Shown: positions 45,113 to 54,700 of the stretch, piece by piece
Position numbering within the stretch: the first letter of the stretch is position 1
Layout of the letters: the number at the start of each line of letters is the position of its first letter
Origin: a virus
IMG/VR virus record: IMGVR_UViG_3300022562_000354
Span: 1-64,000 of that record
DNA length: 64,000 nt
Strand: one strand, 5' to 3'
Position numbers and translations under genes: made by a program
The notes under the pieces: model-generated
What the model was told of the DNA's origin: nothing
Database searches by the model: none
Seen by the model: only the letters and a program-made list of their open reading frames with translations

Positions 45113-46590
45113 CCGAACATCCCTTGTACGGCCTTGTCGATCGAAAAGACAGAGGTGCGGTGGTCGTCGAGGCTCATACCCTTGTCCGACGTGGCCCCCG
45201 TGAGCTGGTCGTGGTTGAAGATGCGTCTCGTCTTCCAATCAACACCGGCCACGAAGTGAGGGAAAAACGGGCCGTCACGACGCTTCAGGCAGTCGAACAG
45301 CGTGGTACCCGCCGTCCGGTGCTCATCATTGAGGTACGTGGTCGTAACCACGTCGGCAGAACGCTCGGCTTCGTTGGCGTAGCTGAGCGCTCGGAGCTTG
45401 TAGCGACCTTCGTTCTTGTCCGCGTAGTCCTTGCCGTCACGGTTGATCTGGAAGAGCAACAAGACGGGGACCTTCTCGCCGTGATTGAAGTGAAGGGCCA
45501 GCTTTTTGGAGTCTCGGAGGACCGAGTTCAATTCGATCGTGTAGTCCTTACCGCGCTTCTTCTTGCGGGGCTCGACGAGTCCGCCGTGGTCGATGACGAG
45601 GAGGTGAACCTCGTTCTTCTGGTGCGACAGCTCGGCCGCCATCTTGATGTCGTCGGTCGTGACATCGTCGTCCGGGCTCCACACGTCGAACGAGCCGTAC
45701 TCCGGGTTGTTCACGAAGTCGTCGATGACGAGCTGGTAGAACTTCTCCTCTTCGGGGGTGAGCGTACCGGCGCAAATCCGGTCGTATTCGAGCGACTCGT
45801 AACCGAGGAGCTTGAACCTCGGGTTAGACGAGTGCATGGCGTAGATCATTGCCCGCACTTGCTCGTACGGCATCTCCAAGGTCACGTAGAAGACGTTGGA
45901 GCGGTACCGGGTCACGAGGTTGTAGGCCCAGTTGAGAGCGAAGCTGGTCTTCAACTCTCCGGTGAAGGCAGCGTGAAGCCAAAGCTCACCACGCTTGATG
46001 CCCCGGAGAACCTTGTCGATGTTGTTGAGGCCGCAGAACTTTCCCCAAGCGAGGCCCTTGTTGGCCTTGGCCTCTTGGTAGTTGTCCCAGACCTCTTGCC
46101 CATCCTCACGGATGTTGCCTTGGATCCGAGCGTTGTGCTGGTAGACGAGGAGCTTGTGGGCGTTCTGCGAGAAGTGAAGAACGCCATCCCGAAGACCTTG
46201 CTTCTTCTCTTGGCCGATGACCAGTCCCTTGGAGATGATCTCCTGCGACTCTTTGAGGATGGTGATCGCCTTGACCCGGTTCTGCTCCTCGACCGTGGTA
46301 GAGATCAGGTGGGCGTAGTTCGTACGGATGTACGGCTTTTGCCCCTCGTAGTCCTTGATACGCTCGACGACCTCTTGATCCCGCTTGGCCTCGAAGAAGT
46401 CTGCGAGGGTCTGCCTAGCTGGGATCTCCAGGCGTTGATGGAAGTAGTTGAGGACGAAGTCGTAGACCCGCTGGTCAGCCGGCTGCGTCCACTCAACATG
46501 GGAAGCGACGAGCTTCTGGAAGTTGGCGACGAGGTTCTCCTGAGAGACCCCACCATCCATGTCGATGACGGACCGTAGGAGGCCCTTCAT
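45109..46590 (-). CDS. DnaB-like replicative helicase
   Basis: AAFTGELKTS (variant Walker A), VTLEM, LVIDH, FQINR, AERSADVV and KRRDGP motifs. Confidence 0.85.
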   Translation of the reverse strand: MKGLLRSVIDMDGGVSQENLVANFQKLVASHVEWTQPADQRVYDFVLNYFHQRLEIPARQTLADFFEAKRDQEVVERIKDYEGQKPYIRTNYAHLISTTVEEQNRVKAITILKESQEIISKGLVIGQEKKQGLRDGVLHFSQNAHKLLVYQHNARIQGNIREDGQEVWDNYQEAKANKGLAWGKFCGLNNIDKVLRGIKRGELWLHAAFTGELKTSFALNWAYNLVTRYRSNVFYVTLEMPYEQVRAMIYAMHSSNPRFKLLGYESLEYDRICAGTLTPEEEKFYQLVIDDFVNNPEYGSFDVWSPDDDVTTDDIKMAAELSHQKNEVHLLVIDHGGLVEPRKKKRGKDYTIELNSVLRDSKKLALHFNHGEKVPVLLLFQINRDGKDYADKNEGRYKLRALSYANEAERSADVVTTTYLNDEHRTAGTTLFDCLKRRDGPFFPHFVAGVDWKTRRIFNHDQLTGATSDKGMSLDDHRTSVFSIDKAVQGMFG

Positions 46591-47471
46591 ACTGGTCCGC
46601 CCCCCGACCGTCGCTTCTTGGGGTTGAACTTGGACCGCCCCCCGCCAAGCACGGGATCGAGAATTGGGTCCAGATCAACCTCCGGTTCAGGCTCCGGAGC
46701 CGCCCTCTTTGGGCGTTGCTTGGGTTCGGCTACAGCCACGGCCTTGGTGGTCTCGTCATCGACGGACAGCCCGACGTCATCGTCGGTAAGCCCTGGGCCG
46801 CCGCCTTCGATGGGGAAGACCTCAAAACGGTCACGGATGTAGTCGGCCACGTCCCGGCTCCACGTGTAGTGACCTTCCTCAAAGGGAGAATCGGGCTCCT
46901 CCACGAGCCACGTGGGTAGCCTCAACGCTTGCCGTACCATGAGGGCCTCTTTCAAGATGCCGCCCATGGCTTGGTTCTTCCACCCGAGGAACCCCAGCCG
47001 AATGATGGCGAGGGTGTGCATCGGGCCAATGAGGTCTTCGATCGTGTTGTAGGTGGCGATCTCATCCGCCCGTTGCTTCTTGCTGCGGGCTTGGTTCGAC
47101 TCCTTGCCGAACCAGACGTTGCGGAGCTTCTCGTCCGTCACGACCGTAAACGAGAAGCCCTCCAGACCCACCGTGTTGAACTTGCAGATGAACGTCCACT
47201 TGAAGTGGGAGAGTATGGCAGACCACCACCCCTTCAAGATGAGGTTGTTCTTCGTCCTGTCGATGACCGGGGGCTCCCCGTGCTCCACGGCCGGCTGGTA
47301 GAGCGGGCTCTCCTGTCCGAGCTTTGCCATGGCAATCTCAGGCCCCAGCCGAAGCACCACCCGCTTGTTGTAGACGCACACGCAGGACTGCATCCGGTCC
47401 GCCTCGACCTCGATGCGATGACCTAGCCCGTGGCAATGCGGGCAGTCGGGATCCGGTGTTACTGAAGCCAT
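46587..47471 (-). CDS. Degenerate DnaC/IstB-like helicase-loader protein
   Basis: CPHCHGLG..CVC N-terminus, NNLILKG, IIRLG and R....LPTWL; no Walker A; lies upstream of the helicase. Confidence 0.5.
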   Translation of the reverse strand: MASVTPDPDCPHCHGLGHRIEVEADRMQSCVCVYNKRVVLRLGPEIAMAKLGQESPLYQPAVEHGEPPVIDRTKNNLILKGWWSAILSHFKWTFICKFNTVGLEGFSFTVVTDEKLRNVWFGKESNQARSKKQRADEIATYNTIEDLIGPMHTLAIIRLGFLGWKNQAMGGILKEALMVRQALRLPTWLVEEPDSPFEEGHYTWSRDVADYIRDRFEVFPIEGGGPGLTDDDVGLSVDDETTKAVAVAEPKQRPKRAAPEPEPEVDLDPILDPVLGGGRSKFNPKKRRSGGGPV

Positions 47472-47482
47472 CCGGGAATGCT

Positions 47483-47489
47483 TACACCG
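47483..47489 (-). promoter_or_regulatory. CGGTGTA promoter-like element
   Basis: 11 nt before ATG 47471 (head of the replication operon). Confidence 0.7.
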
Positions 47490-47500
47490 ACACCAATTCC

Positions 47501-49213
47501 CTACTTTTCACGGAGCGCGAGAACAAGGTCCCGTAGCTCGCCTTCCCCACGGTCAAACTTGAGCGCCCCTACGGCCGCCTCTCCGATGACCTGGTCGATA
47601 AGCCCCTTCTTTTTCCTCAGTTTTTTCACGACCTTATGGTCGATAGTCTCGCGATCCTTACCCTTCTTACCGGGACGCTCTGCGATGAGGTGGATGGCGA
47701 GCACCTTCTGGTGAGGGCTGCCGATGCGGATCATGCGTCCGAGGAGCTGGACGTAGTTCCCCCAGGACCACGGGGAGTCGAAGAAGATCATCCCAACGGC
47801 CGCCTGGAGGTTGATGGCCTCGCTGCCGGCGTCGGTGATGAAGATGACCTTCACGTCGCTGTTGAGGTCTTGGAACTTGTCCTGAGCCTTCTTGCGGTCG
47901 GAGTCCTTGTTGATCTTCCCCGTGATGGCGACGCTCTTGATGCGCTCCGCCGTGAGGAGCTTCTGGAGCCTCCCTACGAGCTTCTCGAAGCGGGTGTAGA
48001 TGATGACCTTCTCGCCCTCAAACTCCTCTTTCAGAAGGTCGATGAGAGCCTGCTCCTTAGCGCTCTTGCCCTCGAAGTGCCCAACCCCGATGTCCCCCTC
48101 CTCGAACTTGAGGAGCCCGATCGAGTCGACGACCTCTTGCGTGTAGATGAGGCTCGTTAGCTCCTTCGTTTCCTTGTAGTCCCTCACGTCCCCGTCCCCA
48201 AATTCGAGGATGCCAGTGAGGGCCTCTTGGTACTTCTTGTCCTCCGCTGGGCTCAGCTCGCAAAGGACTTCGCGGGTCGTGAGGGAGGGTAGCTCGTCGC
48301 TAACCAAGTGCTTGGGTCTTCCGTAGAAGTAGGGGTCGATGGTCTCTCGAAAGTGGTTCAGGTTCTTGTACCCAACCACGATGGGGATCTTGGCGCCGCC
48401 CTTCACCCGCTGCATCTCGGTGACGCAGTAGACGTTGATGAAAGCGGTCTTGGACGAGAACGTACCCGGTCGGATGACTTGGTAGATTCCGAAGCCTTCC
48501 ATGAGGTTGTTCTTCAGGAGGGTCGCCGTCAGACCCCAACATCGGAACGAACGCTCCGAAAGAAACCTGCACGTCTGGTGCGTCTTCGTGCTCGGATTCT
48601 TGAAGGCGGTCGCCTCGTCGAAGATGGTGACGACCTTGGGGATCCGGTGAGTCAGAGCGTCCAGGTAGCCTCGGCCGGTCACCGCTTGCGTACCCGGCTT
48701 GGAGCCCGGCGCTGGGGGTGTCTTGGTGATGCCCTCGTCCCAGTCCTTGACCATCGAGTGGTAGTTCGTGATGAGGACCGAAGGACCCTCGCTCTTGAAC
48801 CATGCTTGGTAGGACTCTTTGCGTTGTTTTGGGGTGCCGGTCCCGATGTACGTCGTGATCCCGGTCGTGAACTTCTCGATCTCGCTGGCCCACTGGCGAA
48901 TGGCCGACTTGGGACAGACGACGATGACCTTGATCGAGGAGTCACGCTCCCAGAGATAGCAAAGGGCTCCGATGGCCTGGACGGTCTTGCCGAGTCCGGT
49001 GCCATCACCAAGGACCATCCGGTTGACCATGAGCAGGTGGAAAATCCCCTGGCACTGGTAGTACCGGAGCTTGAAAGGCTGCGGTGTCCCGTCGAGACCT
49101 ATGAACTCCTGACGAAACATCTTCGTCGGGTTCAAAGCCATGGTCTTGGAAGCTCGGACTTGCTTGAGCTGCTCGTAGACAGGGTTCGTTGTAACAGAGG
49201 CCGTCATGGTCAA
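47501..49213 (-). CDS. SNF2-family helicase/ATPase
   Basis: GDGTGLGKT, VCPKS, FDEAT, LTAT, AGSEAINLQ and QLLGRMIRIG motifs. Confidence 0.9.
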   Translation of the reverse strand: MTMTASVTTNPVYEQLKQVRASKTMALNPTKMFRQEFIGLDGTPQPFKLRYYQCQGIFHLLMVNRMVLGDGTGLGKTVQAIGALCYLWERDSSIKVIVVCPKSAIRQWASEIEKFTTGITTYIGTGTPKQRKESYQAWFKSEGPSVLITNYHSMVKDWDEGITKTPPAPGSKPGTQAVTGRGYLDALTHRIPKVVTIFDEATAFKNPSTKTHQTCRFLSERSFRCWGLTATLLKNNLMEGFGIYQVIRPGTFSSKTAFINVYCVTEMQRVKGGAKIPIVVGYKNLNHFRETIDPYFYGRPKHLVSDELPSLTTREVLCELSPAEDKKYQEALTGILEFGDGDVRDYKETKELTSLIYTQEVVDSIGLLKFEEGDIGVGHFEGKSAKEQALIDLLKEEFEGEKVIIYTRFEKLVGRLQKLLTAERIKSVAITGKINKDSDRKKAQDKFQDLNSDVKVIFITDAGSEAINLQAAVGMIFFDSPWSWGNYVQLLGRMIRIGSPHQKVLAIHLIAERPGKKGKDRETIDHKVVKKLRKKKGLIDQVIGEAAVGALKFDRGEGELRDLVLALREK

Positions 49214-49746
49214 TCCCTGGTCCGCCAGAGGTCCGCCGAGATAGGTGGAAGCCGCTCGCCAGCCGCAATGGCTTCAAGCCGCTCAGCCTCCATTCTAGCC
49301 TCTATCTCCTGCATTCGCCTCAAGTCCTCTTCCGTGGGCTCAGGCTCCGCGAAGCGTCGGTCCTCATCGGCGAGTACCCGCTTCACGTGGTCGATGAAGG
49401 CTTGAGGGGGCTTGACGTTGTGGGCCTCGATGTAGTGAACGAACCCTTGCGGCCAAATGAAAGCCGCATCCCCTTGGCACGTAGAACCGTTGTGGGTGCC
49501 GCAAATACGGCAAGATGACCAACCACGCCATTGAATGAGGTCCGGCTGGTTCTTGACGTAGGACAGCACGATGGCCTTTTCTTCGGGATCCCAAGACGGG
49601 TCCACGAAGTCCCTTGGATCTGGAAGAAAGTCGTACCTCTTGTCATGGTACGACCCTTCTGCGGATCTCCAGTAGCCGAGCGCTTGACGACCCTGAGCTT
49701 CGCGGGGAGTGTTGGGGTGAGCGACGAACATGGAGGGAAGAGACAT
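49210..49746 (-). CDS. Hypothetical protein (CRIC, WPQGFVHYIEAHNVKPP)
   Basis: CGGTGTA 11 nt upstream; conserved-looking Zn/His motif. Confidence 0.6.
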   Translation of the reverse strand: MSLPSMFVAHPNTPREAQGRQALGYWRSAEGSYHDKRYDFLPDPRDFVDPSWDPEEKAIVLSYVKNQPDLIQWRGWSSCRICGTHNGSTCQGDAAFIWPQGFVHYIEAHNVKPPQAFIDHVKRVLADEDRRFAEPEPTEEDLRRMQEIEARMEAERLEAIAAGERLPPISADLWRTRD

Positions 49747-49757
49747 CCCTCGCTTAC

Positions 49758-49764
49758 TACACCG
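49758..49764 (-). promoter_or_regulatory. CGGTGTA promoter-like element
   Basis: 11 nt before ATG 49746. Confidence 0.7.
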
Positions 49765-50376
49765 TCACCAGAAGGCGAAGTACAACCCAGCTTGGGGGTT
49801 GTGGAGGAGCGTCCACCACGAGAATGCGTAGCCACCGTACGCCCCGAAGTTCTTGGTGAGGTCTACCCCAACGCCAGCTCCGACCGAACGGAAGCCAGTC
49901 GCCACGTTCAGGTTGAACTGGCGGTAGTGAACGAAGTCCCAGAGGATGCCAACGTCCACGGCTTCTCCAGCCGTGTCCTGCTTGAAAGCATCGACGAAGA
50001 GGAAGCTCCCCGCGAACTTGGGTCGGAATCGGAAGCCCCAAACGGGAGGCTCTCGCTTGGCTACAGCTACATCGAGCTTCCCTTGAGCTTCGACTTCGTA
50101 GTTGCACCACGACATCTTCACGGTGTACGGACGTGGCTGCGCTCCCGAATAGTAGACGCGACCCTCTACGTCCGTGACGATGACAACCGGATCAAGCTGA
50201 AACTTCGGCTTTTCCGTCTGGAGGCACTTCTTCTCGCGGAGGACTTGGAGGAGGACTTCCATGTCCTCCTTGGGCACGCAGGTAGCTCCGTCAGGACAGG
50301 TCTCTTGGGCTTGCGCGTCCACGGGCAGCGTGAAGGGGGCGATCATCGACACGAGAAGAGCCCTCCAGCGCATCAC
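49765..50376 (-). CDS. Secreted protein with a C-terminal amphipathic beta-strand region (outer-membrane-protein-like)
   Basis: Signal peptide ending AQA; alternating hydrophobic strands; C-terminus AGLYFAFW. Confidence 0.55.
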   Translation of the reverse strand: MMRWRALLVSMIAPFTLPVDAQAQETCPDGATCVPKEDMEVLLQVLREKKCLQTEKPKFQLDPVVIVTDVEGRVYYSGAQPRPYTVKMSWCNYEVEAQGKLDVAVAKREPPVWGFRFRPKFAGSFLFVDAFKQDTAGEAVDVGILWDFVHYRQFNLNVATGFRSVGAGVGVDLTKNFGAYGGYAFSWWTLLHNPQAGLYFAFW

Positions 50377-50933
50377 CCACCGTACTTTGCAAGTAGGTCA
50401 TCAACCTTGGCGGCGGGGATGCCCGACTTGTCCTTGACCGTCACGATGTGGACATCCGGCTTGACCACGACGACTTGGTCCACGTCCTTGTTGGTGACCC
50501 CGTCAGGCAAGACGATCTCGGTAGGCTTGTCTTTGCCAGGCTCCGTGAAGACCACCTTCTTGGGGTCGGAGAAGAGCCCCGGCTCCGTGATGGGCACCAC
50601 GACCGCCTGAGTCATCCCCTTCGAGTCCGGGGTGCCTGGCTGGATGAGCTTTCCGTCTGGGCCAACACGGTCTGGATCGACCGTGTTGGCAACGTCTACG
50701 ACGGACCCTTCACCCTCCGGGTCCTTCTTCCCGAGGAGCTTCCCGATGAGCCCACCGATCTGAAGCTCCTTGAAGCCCATCGAAACGAGCACGATCGCCA
50801 CGATGACGAGCACCACCACGAGGATGGGACCGATCGCCTTCGAGGTGACCCACGAGAAGGACGACTTGATCGACTCCCAAGCACGGGAGCCCCAAGAGGG
50901 CTTCTCAGGGGCGGGAGCGGGGGACGGAGCCAT
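50373..50933 (-). CDS. Single-TM membrane protein
   Basis: ILVVVLVIVAIVLVSMGF; start at ATG 50933. Confidence 0.6.
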   Translation of the reverse strand: MAPSPAPAPEKPSWGSRAWESIKSSFSWVTSKAIGPILVVVLVIVAIVLVSMGFKELQIGGLIGKLLGKKDPEGEGSVVDVANTVDPDRVGPDGKLIQPGTPDSKGMTQAVVVPITEPGLFSDPKKVVFTEPGKDKPTEIVLPDGVTNKDVDQVVVVKPDVHIVTVKDKSGIPAAKVDDLLAKYGG

Positions 50934-50935
50934 GC

Positions 50936-51418
50936 TCAGTCCTCGTTGCCAACCCCGCCGACCTTGGGCTCGTCCTTGGCCTCTTCCGCCTTGGGCTCTT
51001 CCTCTGCCACCGGGCCGGGGGGATCCGAGGTCATCGGAGGAATCGAGGGCGTCTCGACCTTCACTCCCTTCACGCCAACCTTCACCCCCTTCATGGGACC
51101 GCTCTGAACCCACGACCGAACACGGGCGTAGATCAAGGCGGAGAAAGCCCCGCAGATGGCTCCGTAGGCGATCCGACCCGAGAGCGAGCCATGAACCACG
51201 GCAGGCCACACAAAGGTCTTCATGACGACCCCGAGAATGGCGCCGTTGGCGATGGGGCCGATGGGGAGCCACACCTCTCGCCAGATCCGGTTCTGCTTGG
51301 CGTCCTTCCAGAAGCCCTCGACAACCTTACGGATTACGTAGGTCATCAAGTAGATGGCGAGGCAGAGAATGAGAGTCTGTGAATTGACGAAAGACTCTAC
51401 GATGTTGTCAAGGTCCAT
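50936..51418 (-). CDS. Holin-like 3-TM membrane protein
   Basis: Three hydrophobic segments, charged C-terminus, GAGGAGG SD, position next to tail genes. Confidence 0.5.
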   Translation of the reverse strand: MDLDNIVESFVNSQTLILCLAIYLMTYVIRKVVEGFWKDAKQNRIWREVWLPIGPIANGAILGVVMKTFVWPAVVHGSLSGRIAYGAICGAFSALIYARVRSWVQSGPMKGVKVGVKGVKVETPSIPPMTSDPPGPVAEEEPKAEEAKDEPKVGGVGNED

Positions 51419-51442
51419 AAGACCCTCCTCAAGTGCCGAGCG

Positions 51443-51452
51443 TATAAAAACA
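51443..51452 (-). promoter_or_regulatory. Putative late promoter TGTTTTTATA
   Basis: Upstream of the holin-like gene. Confidence 0.4.
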
Positions 51453-51463
51453 AACCGGCGAAA

Positions 51464-51772
51464 CTACCCGGCCTTCACGTCTACCGAGAGGGTCTCTGCT
51501 AGCTCGACAGAGTGGTTTTGGGGCGTTCGAGCCGGTTGTGCAGGCGGAGCTGGCGGGGGAGGCGGGGCCTCGGGCTTCGGGCAGATGTCATCCACCTTCC
51601 CGGACTCCCACCGAGAGACCCAAGCCAGTCTCTCGTGGAGGTCTTTCCTCTGGGGCTCCGTAAGGTGCGGATTAGAGAGGAGGATGTGGAGTTGCTGCCT
51701 GGCTTGGGCCGCCCCCTTCGCTCGAATGTCCGCAGGGACCTCGTGAATGGTGATCCTACCCCTCGCCATCAC
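51464..51772 (-). CDS. Hypothetical protein
   Basis: Coupled to the 1521-aa gene. Confidence 0.55.
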   Translation of the reverse strand: MMARGRITIHEVPADIRAKGAAQARQQLHILLSNPHLTEPQRKDLHERLAWVSRWESGKVDDICPKPEAPPPPPAPPAQPARTPQNHSVELAETLSVDVKAG

Positions 51773-54700
51773 AAGCTCCCAGGCGGCAACTTGTTGGACA
51801 GCGTGATCGTGGCCGGGTCAACCTCGTACTTCACGTGGTTCATGACGAGAGGGTGGCCTTCGATGCGGTAAAGCTCGGCGGCTGAAACACCCTCGCCGGT
51901 CCCGTTCGTCCCGATGTACAGCGAGGACGAACGAGGAACGTTGGGTTCCAACGTGTGTGTCGTGGTCACGATCGCCATCATCAACTCATCACCAGCCGAA
52001 GCCTCGTTCCCACCCACGTTGGTAACCGAGTTGCGGACCAAGAAGGCGCGACCGACGATGACCCTGGACGAAGGGTTGATAACGTCGAGGTTGTCGTAGA
52101 CCGTGAAGACCTCACCGCCCGGCCGGTCCCCGCTAGCCGTGAAGGCCGACCCTCCTCGGAAGGTCCGGAAGTTGGTGAGGAGCGTGTAGTTGCCCGACTC
52201 CCCGTCCACTTGGACCATCACCTCACCCGCCTGACCCGACGAGAGCGAGGCAGGGAGGAGGTTGATCTCCTCTTGCTCCAAGAGCTTCGTCTTCGCCAAG
52301 CTCGTCGTACCGAAGCCCGCCCCTACCTTGTCGAGATAGGTGAGCGAAGCCTTGCTGACGTTGGTGAAGAAGCCTCCCCGGAAGTCCTTGTCCTTCCAGA
52401 AGCCACCGATGGGGAGTCGCTCCGAGCAACCGAGGTACTCAGGGTTGACCTCCGAAGCTGTCGCCCCGGTGAGAGCCCCCATGAGGATCCTTGGACGCGG
52501 ATCGATGCCGGTAACCGGGGGGTAAGCCCCTTGGTCCTCAAAGCCTACGTTTCGGATGTCGTAGGCGTTCGCAGGAACCACGTCCCCAGAGAGTCGGCCG
52601 GTCCCCAACGTCGTGATGAAGCCGACCGAGGCTAGGATCTCCAGAGCCTTTTGGTTCGGCCTGGTGAGGCTGGCTTCGTCGAGCTGTGCCGAGGCGAGTT
52701 GGTAGGCCGTCGTCGTTTGGAACGGACCGGGGCTGTACCCAAGGTCAAGGTACGTAGACTGGCTGCCCCACGGGTCGCCCATGTACGGCGTACGAGAGTA
52801 GTTGATGAGAGCCGTATCCGAGGCGCTCATCGGCCCCGGCAAGATCGACACGGGACCAAAGATGGCGACGTTCGTGTTCGTCGCCCGGACGCCCGTGTTG
52901 GCCTGCGTACGGTCTCGGGAGAGAATCAACCGGAAGGGTTTGTTGAGGTCGAACGACCCTCGGTCAAACCCGAACAGCGACGCCTCGATGACGTAGTGCT
53001 TCGACGAGAAGGTCGGGATCGGAACGGGAGACTTGCTGAGATCCAGAGCGTCCGCGTTGATGATGAACGTCGAGTCACCGTCGTCGTCGATCTCGATCCA
53101 GAAGGTCGGCCCCTTGAAGTTCTGCCGGAGCAAGTTGACCGCCCCGACACCCAGCGACTCACGGGTCGAGGCGTTGACCCCCGATCCGTTGGCCTTGTAG
53201 TCGCTGGCCTCGTACACGGCAAAGAGCCGGGCGATGCCGTAGAACGGCGGAAGCTCCAACCCTTGTCGACCAAGACCGCGAGAGTCCGTGAAGAACCGGG
53301 CGCCCGCGTGGGTGATACCGCCGAACGAGAACGTCGAGTTGTACGTCGCAGGAACGATGGTCAAACCGGAGAAGTTGCCGGTGGACATCGAGGCGTACGA
53401 GAGGGGGACGTTCGACGTGTAGTTGATGTACTGCTTGCAGTGGTCGGAGTCCGTGACCGACGTGTTCAAGCCTTCACGCGACTGAAGCATGAAGTTGAGT
53501 CCACGGTGGAACACCGTCCCGTTTTCAGGGAGAATGGGAGCGTGAACCGCACCCCAGCCGGGCACCAAGTGCCTTGGGAGGGTCACGTAGAAGTTCTTGC
53601 GCTCCGCATCGGAGTCCCCGGACCCGGAGAAGAGTCCAAGGGGGTCGACCGTTCCCCACTTGGCCGTCGTTCCGTCCAGCTTCTTCAAGGGCATGAGCCC
53701 TTGCGTGTGGTAGACGGAGTAGGTGATGTTCGTGTCGGTCGGGATGGGTCGATCGACGTCGATGGTTGTACCCGTGAAGCTCACGACTCGGTAGTGACCC
53801 TGAGCCACCCCACTTGGGATGTAGAGCAGGTCGTCTTCTACGATGCCCGCAGCGATGAAGCTGGCCGCACCGTCCGTGAACGTCGTGGACCCAACCGAAG
53901 ACCCCGTCGTACCCGTCGCGAACGAGGACGTGTAACGGTTCGTGTTGGACCCATCCTGAGTCCTGATGCCGGTTGGCGTCGCCGGGTAGGCGATACGACG
54001 GAACGGGGTGACGATGACCGTCTTGCTCCCCAAGTCCGCGTACGCCTCAGCCGTGACCGGGAGAAGACCCTTGAAAGTCTCGTTCCGGAACTTGCTCCAG
54101 AGAAGTGCCCACCCCGTACGCATCGGGAAGTTCGTAGAGGGCACCGCGCTCGGTTGAATCAGGAGGTCCGAGTTGGGGTTGAACAGGGTGATGTTGTGGA
54201 TCGAGTCCGGCCGCCTCGATAGACCACGCCCCGGCCCGTACTGGAGATGGGCCGTGATGTAGAGGGTCTGGGCGAAGGGGAAGGGTACACCCGCCCCCTT
54301 GAACTCGATCACGACGTCATCGACCGCATCCGGGTTGGACGGGGTGATGGAGTACCGATGGGGCGGGAGAGGCTCCTCGTACCCGTCGATCCGAATTTCA
54401 ATGGCCCCACGGCCCTTTCGGATGACGTACGTGCTCGTAGTGGCCGGAACGACTCGGTCTACAACGAGAGCATTTGCGTCAGTAACACTCTCGACGCGGT
54501 AGTCTCCCTTGGCGGCACCCGTGAAGATGACCAGCGTGTCACCCGGCTCTACCCCAGGAACGAGGAAGTCCACGGTGGAATCCGTGAACGTCGTAGACCC
54601 ATCAGAGATGCCGTTGGCACTCTCAGCGGGCACCTCGTTCAAGAAGCGGACTTGGTCGGCATCGGCGCCAGGGACCGTGTTCTTGAACTGAGAGACGGTG

